A DNA stretch of 64,000 nt from positions 620,001 to 684,000 of the forward strand of contig CP128815.1 of assembly GCA_051546255.1 (NCBI GenBank). Direction: 5' to 3'. The stretch's first letter is position 1. Every line of letters starts with the position of its first letter. Position numbers and translations under genes: made by a program. The notes beneath the pieces were generated by a model that had not been told where the DNA came from, searched no databases, and saw only the letters and a program-made list of their open reading frames with translations. The stretch comes from Meyerozyma guilliermondii. Its lineage: Eukaryota. Of this stretch, positions 28,912 through 39,497 are shown one piece after another.

Positions 28912-30108
28912 ATGTCGCGATATACCATCAGCCGACTACCACCAAAAGTATTGCATCTATTCAACATTTACGAACGCGCCTCCAATGCTCTACAGCCGCT
29001 CGACAAAGTGGTGGGTATAAGTGACCTCATTAATCGTAATTCTCCATTCTACCATAATTTTTCAAGACAAAAACTTGTACATAATACCGCTAAAGATTTG
29101 CAGATGGATACCAACGATTATCCTCCATTGATTTCACACATTATTCAACCTTTGTTTACCGGTCAAATTGGGCTTCCGAATATAGAGAGCCGATCTACCG
29201 ATGAAATATTCAAAACTTTTGGCCAATTGGACGAAACAATAGACACTAAATACACTTCTACGACGAAAAGGTATACCGATTTCCAGGCACGAATATTGAA
29301 CTCACTCGCTTCATTTTACAACCCAATGCAAAAAGTGCCCAATGTTCCGGCAGTAGGGAACACATATCGATGGTATTCGAGATTATTGAACGACACCCCG
29401 ATTCTCATCATACTCAAACAGAAAAATCGGCTCTTTTCTCATTCTTCATTGCATCAAATTAACAAGCCGTTTTCAGACCTCAAATCTCAAATTGACCTTC
29501 TCAAGTCGAAAATCGCGACCACTCGCAACTTGAACAACTCTCGGTTCAAAACTTACCATCTTTTTGACATTCCATCTACAGATATCCTATCTCTTGCGGT
29601 GAAAAATGCACACCCTCAATTTAGCGGAAACGACGAATTTTGCAATTTTCTCGCTGGTGCTCAGAACGTGGCTATCGTGAACGACGGAGCCCACGACCTC
29701 AATTCCATGGAAAACCAATATCCCATCAATGAGCTATACCAAGCCTTCTTAAATGGGATAGATGTGGCTGAAATATTCCCATACGACCTCACCTTCAACT
29801 CTTTGTATGGCATCACAATTGAGTCTCTGATGCTTCCGCACTTTGACAGGTCCATCCTTGATATCCTCGAAAAGTTTGAGGATGAATTCGAGGTTTCTTT
29901 GGCGAGATTTTCGCTAGGATTTCCAGAAGTTGCAAAATTCTTCGAGGCCGAAGTTGCTGCAAAGGAGTCCGATTCCAACTACGATAACCTTCTTCAACAG
30001 ACAAAACAGTCCAAGAGTAACGTAGCCACGCTCGCGGAGTATATGGGCCAATCTGGGCTCACCAGAGTGGAACTGGGCCACAATTGCATATATCTAGTAA
30101 AGCCATAA
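28912..30108 (+). CDS. Hypothetical protein (398 aa), possibly mitochondrial
   Basis: Long ORF filling the gap; first 20 aa are Arg/Ser-rich without acidic residues; no domain recognised. Confidence 0.75.
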   Translation: MSRYTISRLPPKVLHLFNIYERASNALQPLDKVVGISDLINRNSPFYHNFSRQKLVHNTAKDLQMDTNDYPPLISHIIQPLFTGQIGLPNIESRSTDEIFKTFGQLDETIDTKYTSTTKRYTDFQARILNSLASFYNPMQKVPNVPAVGNTYRWYSRLLNDTPILIILKQKNRLFSHSSLHQINKPFSDLKSQIDLLKSKIATTRNLNNSRFKTYHLFDIPSTDILSLAVKNAHPQFSGNDEFCNFLAGAQNVAIVNDGAHDLNSMENQYPINELYQAFLNGIDVAEIFPYDLTFNSLYGITIESLMLPHFDRSILDILEKFEDEFEVSLARFSLGFPEVAKFFEAEVAAKESDSNYDNLLQQTKQSKSNVATLAEYMGQSGLTRVELGHNCIYLVKP

Positions 30109-30182
30109 TATACGTTAGGAATCTTCTGCACCTGCACATAGTTTCCTGCCGATACGCTGACCCCATATTCATCAATACATAG

Positions 30183-31955
30183 ATGCCGTTTGGTGGTAGA
30201 CACTTTCGCCCGCGTGTTGTGGCGCTCACGTTGGTCGCATTCACGCTCTATATCATCTTTTCTCGAAAAAACGAGCTGCAAAGTACTGGTGAAGACATAC
30301 AAGAATTTGTTCAGTTTCCAAAAAATTTCCAGCCCCAGCCGGTCATAGAAGGAGAGTTTGAGCACAACAAAAAGGAGATTTCTGATGATGTTAGTGCAGC
30401 TTTTCTCAAGAAACTCGACAAGAAAACAGGAAAGTGTCCGAATTACGTCGAATATTCTCAGTCGAGACATAGTCCGTATTCCAGTGGAAAGTTCCAATAC
30501 CCATATATGCGACCAGCTCCCAAGTGTCGTACGTTTGTGTCCAGCGCCGTTGAGCGGGTGATCCAGGACCTCAAGAGCAGATTGAGGGATCCTGACCTCG
30601 CAAGGTTGGTGGAAAATTGCCTTCCAAATACCTTGGATACCACCATCTTGTGGCATCGAGGACGAGAGAACAAAGGAGTTTCCAATCTCCAGTCGTTCGT
30701 TGTTACCGGAGATATCCATGCCGAATGGCTTCGGGACGCTGCCCGTCAGCTCTCTGTGTACCAACCGTTCATCAAACATGATCAAAAACTCAAAGACTTG
30801 ATGGTGGGTGCAATCAATACCCAGGCCAACTATCTTCTCATTTCTCCATATTGCAATGCTTTCCATCCTCCTCCCCAGTCTAATGTGAAAAAGGGAGAAA
30901 CTGCCATGGACGATGTTTATCCTCGACCTGACTGGAGACAAGTTTTTGAGTGCAAATACGAACTTGATTCCTTGGCCTCGTTTCTCACTCTCACCAACGA
31001 TTACTACGAAAACTCCAATGGAGACCTTCTGTTCTTGTCTGAGCTCTGGATGAGGGCGCTCGAGAAAGTCTTGATCGTTATGAAGCGAGAATCGTTTCCT
31101 TCGTTCGATAAAAAGACCGGCCAAGCTTTGGCATTTTATTACGCTTTTAAAAGACAAACCAATATCGGCTCCGAAACACTTCCGCTCGCTGGAATCGGGA
31201 ACCCCGTCAACTACGATACCGGCTTAGTACGCTCAGCGTTCCGGCCCTCGGACGATGCTACGATTTTGCAGTTTTTCATTCCTGCCAATGCGCACATGGT
31301 CACCGAGTTGAAGCGATTAAGAACCAATTTTTTGAATGAAAAAATGCCGTCGCAGTTTCCAGCTGAAACATTCATCACTGCCGTGGACAGCTTTATTGAA
31401 AGCATCACCTCTGGAATCGAAAACTACGGAATAGTCAACCACCCAAAATGGGGAAAAGTATATGCCTACGAAGTAGATGGTTATGGAGGAAATGTATTCA
31501 TGGACGACGCCAATATTCCGTCGCTTTTGTCATTGCCAGATATAGGATATTTGGACATTGACGATGAAATTTACCAGAACACTAGAAAAATGATTCTTGC
31601 TAAAGACGGCAATCCGTACTATCTCAAAGGAACCCATTTTGAAGGCATAGGTGGTCCTCATATTGGCATCCACAACGCATGGCCCATGTCTCTACTCGTC
31701 AAGATGAGAACTTCTAATGACGATGAGGAAATCACAGAAAGCTTGAACCTTATCATGAAAACCAGTGCCAATCTCGGCTTGATGCACGAAAGTGTCCATG
31801 TCAATTCACCTCATGGAAAGCAGTACACCCGGTCCTGGTTTGCCTGGTGCAACTCGGAGTTTGGTAAGACCATCTTACACTTGGCAGCGCACAAACCACA
31901 CTTGATTTTCAAGGATGGAGTGCCATACAATATTGACGAGGCTCTCAGTAGATAG
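30183..31955 (+). CDS. Glycoside hydrolase family 125 (exo-alpha-1,6-mannosidase-like, Mug157-type) with N-terminal TM anchor
   Basis: PNTLDTT, TGDIHAEWLRD, ECKYELDSL, SAFRPSDDA, MDDANIPSLLSLP, GIGGPH, MHES, YTRSWFAWCNS. Confidence 0.9.
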   Translation: MPFGGRHFRPRVVALTLVAFTLYIIFSRKNELQSTGEDIQEFVQFPKNFQPQPVIEGEFEHNKKEISDDVSAAFLKKLDKKTGKCPNYVEYSQSRHSPYSSGKFQYPYMRPAPKCRTFVSSAVERVIQDLKSRLRDPDLARLVENCLPNTLDTTILWHRGRENKGVSNLQSFVVTGDIHAEWLRDAARQLSVYQPFIKHDQKLKDLMVGAINTQANYLLISPYCNAFHPPPQSNVKKGETAMDDVYPRPDWRQVFECKYELDSLASFLTLTNDYYENSNGDLLFLSELWMRALEKVLIVMKRESFPSFDKKTGQALAFYYAFKRQTNIGSETLPLAGIGNPVNYDTGLVRSAFRPSDDATILQFFIPANAHMVTELKRLRTNFLNEKMPSQFPAETFITAVDSFIESITSGIENYGIVNHPKWGKVYAYEVDGYGGNVFMDDANIPSLLSLPDIGYLDIDDEIYQNTRKMILAKDGNPYYLKGTHFEGIGGPHIGIHNAWPMSLLVKMRTSNDDEEITESLNLIMKTSANLGLMHESVHVNSPHGKQYTRSWFAWCNSEFGKTILHLAAHKPHLIFKDGVPYNIDEALSR

Positions 31956-31989
31956 CAGAAAAACTAAAAACCTTTTAGTCGTATGGCTT

Positions 31990-33120
31990 TTATCTCCGGA
32001 TGTAGTTTGCAATGTTCTCGGCCGTCTCGGAGCTGGGCAGTTTGGCGGTCTTTTCAAACGCAGCTTGGTACCGACTTTGGAGGTCGGCATCGGTACTTTC
32101 GTTGATTTCCGAGTTTCGGTCTTCGGGAAATGTATACTGGCGTTCGGGTTCATCTTCATCTCTCATAACTTCTCCATTATTTTCGTCTTCTTCCGACTCC
32201 AAATCTGATAAGACATCCAGGTCTTTCTGAGACTGGTCCAAATCCAAGTCTTTCATGAGATTGGAAAGACTTTTTGTCTGTCTCTTTTTTTCATCTTCCT
32301 CTTTCTGTTTCAATATCCGGTCTCGTTCAGCTTTATAGTACTCGTTATATTCGTCAACCTTGCTATCAACGGCATCCATAAACTCATCAAATCCTTCTCC
32401 AGTGTATGCGCTGACACCAACCACGTCGAGTTGCGAGTAAAACTCATCCAACATCAATGACATGGAAGAAACGAGCGAGCTCATGTACCCCGACGACTCA
32501 CCATTTTCACCATTTATTTCCTGGTCTCTGCGGAGTGCCGCCTGAAACGACTCAAAATCTTGCATCCATTCCTTGGCAAAGTCTGCCTTCTTGACGTCTG
32601 TTTTGTTGAATACAATAATCATAGGAAGTTTTGTCTTGTAAAGAATCGAACAAGCGTAAAGCATATTCGAAATAAAAGTAGTTGGAGATGAGTTTCTGGG
32701 AGTGTCAATGATATAGGCAATAACCGTGGGAAATTGCGATGCAAATGCTTCAGTGATAATGGCTCCACTGGCAGACCAAATAAAACACTCGATTTGACCT
32801 GGAGTATCAATGATGACATTTTCCACTGCCAGGGATCTTTTTTCCACAAGCTTGATAACCTGGTCGATTTTCGTTGCGAACAAGTTGAGCGATGTGACAA
32901 TGGCTCCGTTGGGTCCCAAATTGTATTCTTCCATTACTTTTTTGTATTTAACCGAATCTCTAATATCGATGTTGGCACCAAAAGGCACCTTGAGAACAGC
33001 AGGATCCAAGTTTATCACATATGGAGGAGTTTTCTTGGCGTGGAGATGAGAGTTGAGACGCTGCATGAACGTGGTCTTGCCAGACCCGGCCATGCCGATA
33101 CATATGACGGTGTTGGGCAT
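31990..33120 (-). CDS. NPA3: GPN-loop GTPase 1
   Basis: [42 protein letters not shown] at 33141-33148. Confidence 0.95.
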   Translation of the reverse strand: MPNTVICIGMAGSGKTTFMQRLNSHLHAKKTPPYVINLDPAVLKVPFGANIDIRDSVKYKKVMEEYNLGPNGAIVTSLNLFATKIDQVIKLVEKRSLAVENVIIDTPGQIECFIWSASGAIITEAFASQFPTVIAYIIDTPRNSSPTTFISNMLYACSILYKTKLPMIIVFNKTDVKKADFAKEWMQDFESFQAALRRDQEINGENGESSGYMSSLVSSMSLMLDEFYSQLDVVGVSAYTGEGFDEFMDAVDSKVDEYNEYYKAERDRILKQKEEDEKKRQTKSLSNLMKDLDLDQSQKDLDVLSDLESEEDENNGEVMRDEDEPERQYTFPEDRNSEINESTDADLQSRYQAAFEKTAKLPSSETAENIANYIRR

Positions 33121-33258
33121 GATGGTAAGCTGACATATTTGCGATGAGATATATATATAACTATGCAGGATGACGAGCACAGAATCAGCACAGAATCAGA
33201 ATCAGAATCAGAAAGCAGAGCAAAAGTAGCAGAAAGTTCCTTTCTGCTCCTTTCATTC

Positions 33259-34114
33259 TTACGAATGAGCAGCTAGTACACGATCCACGATACCCGTAAA
33301 AACCGACTCGTGCGACAAAATCTGAATATTTTCCGCCTCGGCTGCAAATACCTTGTCCACCTTAGGACCTCCAGGGCCACCAATATTGGGGAGGGGCTGC
33401 TGCTGCTGCTGCTGGATCAATTGGTCGGCTGCGGTCGAGTCTCCCATGAGTAAAGAGTAGACTGGACGCAATCCTAACAAATTGACAAAGTACCACGAGA
33501 TGGCTGAAACGTACCTTGCGTTCAAATCTGGCGTCGCCACTCCATTTTGCAACATACTCTTGAACCCGTCGGTCAACGGAAAAGGCAACTTCATGATCAC
33601 AAAACCAGCAAAGAAAAAATTGATCCAGCCCATAATAACTGTCTGAGGAATGTAGTTCATCAAGTTTCCTTTGGCCATCGACATCAATGCGTCGTTCATC
33701 GATGGATCAGTGAAAGGGTTGGTTGGGGAAGCGTTGGCTTCTGGCTTTTCAGCGTAAAATTCGGGAGATTTTAGCGTTTCAATAAAGTAATTTTGACGAT
33801 TTGTGAACTCACTCGCAGTTAAAACGCCATTATTTTGACGAAAACAAGCCGCCCGCTTGAGAAATTGCCTGTGTTAGTACTAGACCCCGAAAACAAACCA
33901 CTCTGGCTTGGTATTTAGTTAATTTTCGTGTTTTTTGTTCCCTTATTTTAACTTACTTTTCCCGAATTTTTCGAAACGGCTCCAATTTGGGATTGGGTTG
34001 CATCATCACGGTGATATTCGATCTGAGAAGTCCCACCAACACCATGACGAAGGAAATGGGTAGAAGAACCCAGTATTTGAGCTGGGGATCGAGCTCAATG
34101 TCGGGGAGATCCAT
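33259..34114 (-). CDS. EMC3: ER membrane protein complex subunit 3; exons 34114-33957 and 33868-33259
   Basis: LDPQLKYWVLLPISFVM in exon 1; YIPQTVIMGWINFFFAGF..KLPFPLTDGFKSMLQ in exon 2; junction reads REK|QFLKRA. Confidence 0.93.
33869..33956 (-). other. Intron of EMC3 (88 nt)
   Basis: Minus strand GTAAGT ... TACTAAC ACAG. Confidence 0.9.
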
Positions 34115-34332
34115 AGAAAGAGAGATTGAGTTGAGAAAATGCGAACTCAAATGAGACTGAAAATGGAGAGGAAACAAAAAAAAAGAAAGTTTAGAGAAGA
34201 GTGCGTTCTTCATGAAATACGTAGAAGGACCAATAACCAATGAAGACAACCAGTTGACAAAGACGACAGAATTGAATTCAAAAAGCTTTTAACTCTACTT
34301 ATTCTTCCCCCACACCAAATAACACGCGATTA

Positions 34333-34404
34333 AGCGCCGTGGCGCAGTGGAAGCGCGCAGGGCTCATAACCCTGATGTCCCCGGATCGAAACCGGGCGGC
34401 GCTA
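34333..34404 (+). tRNA. IMT: Initiator tRNA-Met (CAT)
   Basis: AGCGCCG acceptor stem with A1:U72, anticodon stem with three G:C pairs around CTCATAA, T-loop ATCGAAA; oligo-T terminator follows. Confidence 0.97.
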
Positions 34405-34441
34405 TATTTTTTTTTGGATCTAATCATCTCTTCTTTTAACG

Positions 34442-34948
34442 ATGGGCTGGTTCGGCGGCTCCCCTGCAAAAGTATCGAACATTTCCGAAATAGACACCAC
34501 TTCCAACTCCAATGGACAGCAAGAGCAGCAATTTTTGGAAGACCTTCCTCCTAAATTCGAAGACACTGCTCCGAGACAACCTCCAGAGAGCATGTATCGT
34601 GAAGCTTTCAAGCAAGTAAAACTCTCCGATTTCACCATTTCCCACTATGTGAACATGCCGTGTTTCCGGGAAGCCATGATAACCGGGTTCCAGTCGATGG
34701 GAGTACTTGGAGCCATCACATTTCTCATCCACAAGAACCCCCAAAGGTCAGTGAACTGGGCGGTGTGTGGATTTTTCCTAGGCAACATTGTAGGATGGGA
34801 ACAATGCCGGTCTTTACGGCGGAAATCGTTTGAGACGGTGGAAAAAGCCCGACAGAAAAACCAAGAAAAGCAGGCGAAAAAATGGGAAGAGAAGCAGACG
34901 AGCGATGAGCAGATGAAGAAGTGGAAGGAGGTTCAAGAGAGGGAATAA
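34442..34948 (+). CDS. COX20: Cytochrome c oxidase assembly factor Cox20
   Basis: LEDLPPKF, MPCFREAMITG, NWAVCGFFLG..GWEQCR. Confidence 0.9.
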   Translation: MGWFGGSPAKVSNISEIDTTSNSNGQQEQQFLEDLPPKFEDTAPRQPPESMYREAFKQVKLSDFTISHYVNMPCFREAMITGFQSMGVLGAITFLIHKNPQRSVNWAVCGFFLGNIVGWEQCRSLRRKSFETVEKARQKNQEKQAKKWEEKQTSDEQMKKWKEVQERE

Positions 34949-35321
34949 AAAAAGAGATAAGGGCTACAAGCAAGGCAGACTATGAAAGAATTGAAGTAGT
35001 TCTAAAGCTCAAACACTCAATTGTGGTACTTGTGATTTCAATTGGGTACTTTTTTAGCTGAAAAATTCCAGGCTGCGAAAGAGGAAATCGGCAAAGACAA
35101 AGTCACAAATTTTCACCTACCCGTCAATTGTGTTGAATATCCCTTCCCAAAGTCCAAAGTCCAAAACCCCAAAGTCAAATTGTCCTTGCTCAACTATTTC
35201 TTTCAATCTTTCTGTACATAGTAATCCATCTCCCCCACCTTTTGCACATGCAGGAAACCTCGGCCCCACATCACTTTCTTCCACCACTCTTCTTTTTCAG
35301 GCATTGCCATTTCCAATAACC

Positions 35322-38300
35322 ATGGATGGCCATCGTGTGACCATAGCGTACGCATCTGTTCGCTCCAACTTGCTCAACCTACCCTCAAGCTTGTCCAATC
35401 TTCTTTTCAATGCAAATATAAATATTCAAGATGTCATCATTGAAATAGTTTCGAGTTCCAAAAAACGTTATTATGCTGGGTGGTCAGGAATGTCGTCTTC
35501 AAATGTCAAGGTGGTCGAAATAGACACTGTTTTTGCTCAATCGTTGGGATTGAACGAAAATGAATCGGTGACTTTGAACATCAAAATCAACAACTACGAA
35601 ACCTCCCAAATCTTTTTGGAGCCTCTAACCTCATCAGATTGGGAGTTGGTGGAGCTACACGCCCAGATCTTGGAAGACAAGTTATTGTCGCAAACCCGGT
35701 GTGTTTCAGTGGACCAGATACTTGTGGTTTATCCGAGTCAAACTTCATCAGCAAAATTGATTGTCACTGATATTGGATCCAAGGACCACAAATATGCCAA
35801 AATCTCTCCCATGTGCGAAGTGGCTATAGCGCCCAAGCTCAAACCCAAAAAAACTGCTTCAACGAAGTCTTCAAAGTCGGCGAAAAATATATCGTCTGAA
35901 CCATACGCTAACGTTCCCAGTATACTCAAGCGTGGGATTCCGCTCCCACATCCACTATTCGCCAGTGAATCAATCCCCACCGACGGCTCTGCGGCATATG
36001 AAGTCTACGTCAACTTTAACGAAGTTGTAAGCACATTGAAACGCACCGACTATGTTGCCGTATCTTTGGTTCCAGGACCCAACGATAAGCTGAACGCCAT
36101 GGAAACCACTACACAGGAGGGTGGGAGCGACCCAACAAACCCAGACAAAGATTTCAGTTCTCTTAAAGAAAACAAGCGAATTATTGCCAAGCTTGTTAGT
36201 TACCCACAAACCCCACAAAACTCCATTGGATTATCGAGAAATTTGGCAGTGGCTCTCAATGTCGAAGACCAAATAGGATCCATTATTGCATTGAAACCAG
36301 CAGCACTGCCTCTTCAAAAACGTCCCACAACGGTGGTTGTTCACCCATATATTACCCAGACAAAACTGGGCTCTATGAACTTGAATTCAAGTGAAAAGAA
36401 GACAAAAACAGCAGAACTTGCCAACTCAATCACAGAGATGCTTGCTGGGCAATCTTTCTTCAACTCTCCTGTGACAAACTACGTGAAAGTGCCTATAAAC
36501 CACCTGTTGCTTCCTCACGGCGCTCTTCTCAAGTTCAAGAAAAATGATGAATTTTCCGCCTGGATTCGGCCCTCTGCAAGTGGGAAGAGCCCTAAAATAG
36601 AAATGGGCCAAGAACTTCTCAGAAACATTTCTTTTATCGAGACTCCTCTAGAACCTGAAAAGCTAGAAGAGGCCCTTGGAATTCAAGACACCATCGACGA
36701 CACAGTCGAGTCTATTTTGACATCGAGAAATACCGGTACTTTGGTCTATGGAAACTCCGGTGCTGGAAAAAGTCTTGTTCTCCGCTTGATAGCCAAGGCA
36801 GTAGCTGCTGAAGGATCATTCCATACCAAGTTCATTTCTTGCGAATCGATAATGAATGAAAACTTTAGTCAATTACTGGCCAACCACATCTCAAAATGGG
36901 TTCAGGAGTGTTCATGGCACAAGCCGTCGTTACTCATTTTGGATAACATCGACAAAATTCTTACAGCGGAAGCAGAGCACACAGATTCCACCAACTCAAA
37001 GCAACTCACCGAGTACTTGCTTATGCAATTGCAGCGGATTCATGGTCAAAAGCATAGCAACTTGTCCATAATTGTTTCTGCAACATCAAAAGAATCGTTG
37101 AACAAGCTTCTTTTCCTGTCCCATTTGATCGAAAATTACGTCCATTTAAAGGCTCCAGACAAGTCAACGAGAACAGTTATACTCACCAAGTATATCAAAG
37201 AGAAGCTCGGATGCCATATTGACTTTGATATCATGGATATTGTTTCTGAAACCGAAGGATACCTCCCCAACGACCTCAAGATTTTGAGCGACAGGCTCTA
37301 TCATGAAGCATTATTTGCGTCAGCATCCAGCAAAGAAGAAGCCCTTCACATCTCTAAAGACAACTTTGAAACCGCCCTCAAAGGATATACTCCTTCCAAC
37401 TTGAGAGGTGTGAAATTACAGAAATCGTCGGTCAATTGGTCAGATATTGGAGGACTTCAAGAAGCTAAAAATGTGCTTTTGGAGACTTTGGAATGGCCCA
37501 CAAAGTACGCACCAATCTTTGCAAACTGTCCCTTGAGACTCAGGTCGGGTATTTTACTTTATGGGTATCCTGGATGTGGAAAGACATTATTAGCCAGTGC
37601 GGTAGCTGGTCAATGTGGTTTGAACTTTATCTCCATCAAAGGTCCTGAAATCTTGAACAAATACATTGGAGCGTCTGAGCAGTCTGTTCGTGAGCTCTTT
37701 GAGCGGGCTCAATCGGCAAAGCCATGTATTTTGTTCTTTGATGAATTCGACTCCATAGCACCCAAAAGAGGACATGACTCCACCGGTGTCACCGACCGTG
37801 TTGTCAATCAAATGTTAACTCAAATGGATGGTGCTGAGGGCTTAGATGGGGTATATGTCTTGGCAGCAACAAGTAGGCCAGACTTGATCGATTCTGCCTT
37901 GTTGAGACCAGGAAGATTGGACAAAAGTGTCATCTGTAATATGCCAGACTACGAAGACAGACTAGACATTCTCAGAAGTATCACGGCTAAGATGGACTTG
38001 GCGGAAGATGTTTCTTTGGAAGAAATAGCCGAACAAACTGGAGGCTTCAGTGGAGCGGATATGCAAGGATTAGGATATAATGCTTATTTGAAAGGTGTGC
38101 ACGAGAAATTGGCAGCTGACGAGTCCAAGGCTCTCAAGGGACAAAGTTCATCGAAATCCAAAACGACTTATGATTTCATTCAGCTCACATCTTCGAAACT
38201 CAAGAGCAACACTCTTCGCCCCAGTGAGAGAGTTCAGCTTTTGTCGCAGATTGAACTGCTATACACTGAAGAAGAGACAAAAAGATCCACCAGTGAAAAA

Positions 38301-38495
38301 TCTAAAACATCCCTGAAGGTCCTTATTACTCATGCCGACTTTGTTGCTTCTCTCAAAGAAACCAAACCGTCGATCTCGGTCCAAGAAAAGCGCAAGTTGG
38401 ACAATGTGTATCGTCAATTTTTGAACGATCGTGACGGAAACATGCCCGACGGAACTGCGAGCAGCGAGATCGGTGGTCGTACGTCGTTGATGTAA
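35322..38495 (+). CDS. PEX1: Peroxisomal AAA ATPase Pex1
   Basis: LEPLTSSDWELVE, two AAA modules (GNSGAGKS; YGYPGCGKT, FFDEFDS, RPGRLD), C-terminal IGGRTSLM; ATG at 35322. Confidence 0.96.
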   Translation: MDGHRVTIAYASVRSNLLNLPSSLSNLLFNANINIQDVIIEIVSSSKKRYYAGWSGMSSSNVKVVEIDTVFAQSLGLNENESVTLNIKINNYETSQIFLEPLTSSDWELVELHAQILEDKLLSQTRCVSVDQILVVYPSQTSSAKLIVTDIGSKDHKYAKISPMCEVAIAPKLKPKKTASTKSSKSAKNISSEPYANVPSILKRGIPLPHPLFASESIPTDGSAAYEVYVNFNEVVSTLKRTDYVAVSLVPGPNDKLNAMETTTQEGGSDPTNPDKDFSSLKENKRIIAKLVSYPQTPQNSIGLSRNLAVALNVEDQIGSIIALKPAALPLQKRPTTVVVHPYITQTKLGSMNLNSSEKKTKTAELANSITEMLAGQSFFNSPVTNYVKVPINHLLLPHGALLKFKKNDEFSAWIRPSASGKSPKIEMGQELLRNISFIETPLEPEKLEEALGIQDTIDDTVESILTSRNTGTLVYGNSGAGKSLVLRLIAKAVAAEGSFHTKFISCESIMNENFSQLLANHISKWVQECSWHKPSLLILDNIDKILTAEAEHTDSTNSKQLTEYLLMQLQRIHGQKHSNLSIIVSATSKESLNKLLFLSHLIENYVHLKAPDKSTRTVILTKYIKEKLGCHIDFDIMDIVSETEGYLPNDLKILSDRLYHEALFASASSKEEALHISKDNFETALKGYTPSNLRGVKLQKSSVNWSDIGGLQEAKNVLLETLEWPTKYAPIFANCPLRLRSGILLYGYPGCGKTLLASAVAGQCGLNFISIKGPEILNKYIGASEQSVRELFERAQSAKPCILFFDEFDSIAPKRGHDSTGVTDRVVNQMLTQMDGAEGLDGVYVLAATSRPDLIDSALLRPGRLDKSVICNMPDYEDRLDILRSITAKMDLAEDVSLEEIAEQTGGFSGADMQGLGYNAYLKGVHEKLAADESKALKGQSSSKSKTTYDFIQLTSSKLKSNTLRPSERVQLLSQIELLYTEEETKRSTSEKSKTSLKVLITHADFVASLKETKPSISVQEKRKLDNVYRQFLNDRDGNMPDGTASSEIGGRTSLM

Positions 38496-38571
38496 TACAA
38501 GAAGTTAGGAAAAAACGTAGAATAAAATTGAATGGTTGCAACAAGAGTGGCTGCGAAAAAATAAAAAAAAG

Positions 38572-38643
38572 AGCTCGCACTCAGGTTCGAACTAAGGACC
38601 AACAGATTTGCAATCTGCTGCGCTACCACTGCGCCACACGAGC
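38572..38643 (-). tRNA. tRNA-Cys (GCA)
   Basis: Minus strand GCTCGTGTGGCGCAGTGGTAGCGCAGCAGATTGCAAATCTGTTGGTCCTTAGTTCGAACCTGAGTGCGAGCT, 72 nt, followed by a T-run. Confidence 0.97.
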
Positions 38644-38744
38644 ATTCTTCACTTGTACCTGTCTATGCCGCGTCCATAAACTGCTAACTTGAACGATACG
38701 CGAATTATTCATAGACTATTATTCATAGATTGTACATTCTTTCA

Positions 38745-39395
38745 ATGTATGGAGATGCCGCCAAAAAACTAGTTCTTGACGCGAAACGAAGTCTCAATCT
38801 TAATGACGTGCCGTTATTTCAGGCAGATTTGGTCAAAGATGTGATTCGAGAAATTGACGACTTAAACAAAGATGCTGAATACTTAACACTGCAACAACGA
38901 CTACAAGAAGAAAGTCAAGGGTCGTTTACTGAGGAAGAACAGAAGATCAACCAGTGCCAGTTGTTTGTGACACACTTGTCTATGCGTCGAAATAAGCGAT
39001 GTCTCTTGGCATATCAGAAGCTGCGTGCTGACCAAATCGATGAATTTTCGTGGCTCAATATCGATCCAGATCAGGAGTCTTATAATGAAAAAGCTGACGC
39101 GTCGTTATCGCGGGTTTCTCGGTTGAACTTGGACAATTTGAGCCACGAAGAACAGGAATATTTCCGCAATTATCAAGAAGTCATCACCAACTACAAATCC
39201 AATTTTGCCGACTTGGACCTTTCCGGCGACTTGGAGCCACCAACTAGCATATTCATCGACGTTCGAGTACTCAAGGACGGCGGCGAAGTCCAGACCGAAT
39301 ACGGCGTGTTCAATTTAATCAAAGATTCTCAGTTCTATGTGAGAAAATCAGACGTCGAACGCTTAATCCAGCAGGGATACCTCGAGGAATTGTAG
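38745..39395 (+). CDS. PSF1: GINS complex subunit Psf1
   Basis: MYGDAAKKLVLDAKR, MRRNKRCLLAYQ, PPTSIFIDVRVLKDGGEVQTEYG, VERLIQQGYLEEL. Confidence 0.95.
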   Translation: MYGDAAKKLVLDAKRSLNLNDVPLFQADLVKDVIREIDDLNKDAEYLTLQQRLQEESQGSFTEEEQKINQCQLFVTHLSMRRNKRCLLAYQKLRADQIDEFSWLNIDPDQESYNEKADASLSRVSRLNLDNLSHEEQEYFRNYQEVITNYKSNFADLDLSGDLEPPTSIFIDVRVLKDGGEVQTEYGVFNLIKDSQFYVRKSDVERLIQQGYLEEL

Positions 39396-39497
39396 ACTAA
39401 AGTGTCTATATTACTACTTGACCTGTCAAGCATTACCCTAAAAACTCTATAGCTCACCAGCGATCAGCGACCGCTAATACCACTGATTAATTGCTAG

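Noticed and set aside
29994..31157. 387-aa antisense ORF over the GH125 gene
   Set aside because: Non-ATG start, in register with the sense codons and no motif; most likely a codon-usage shadow.
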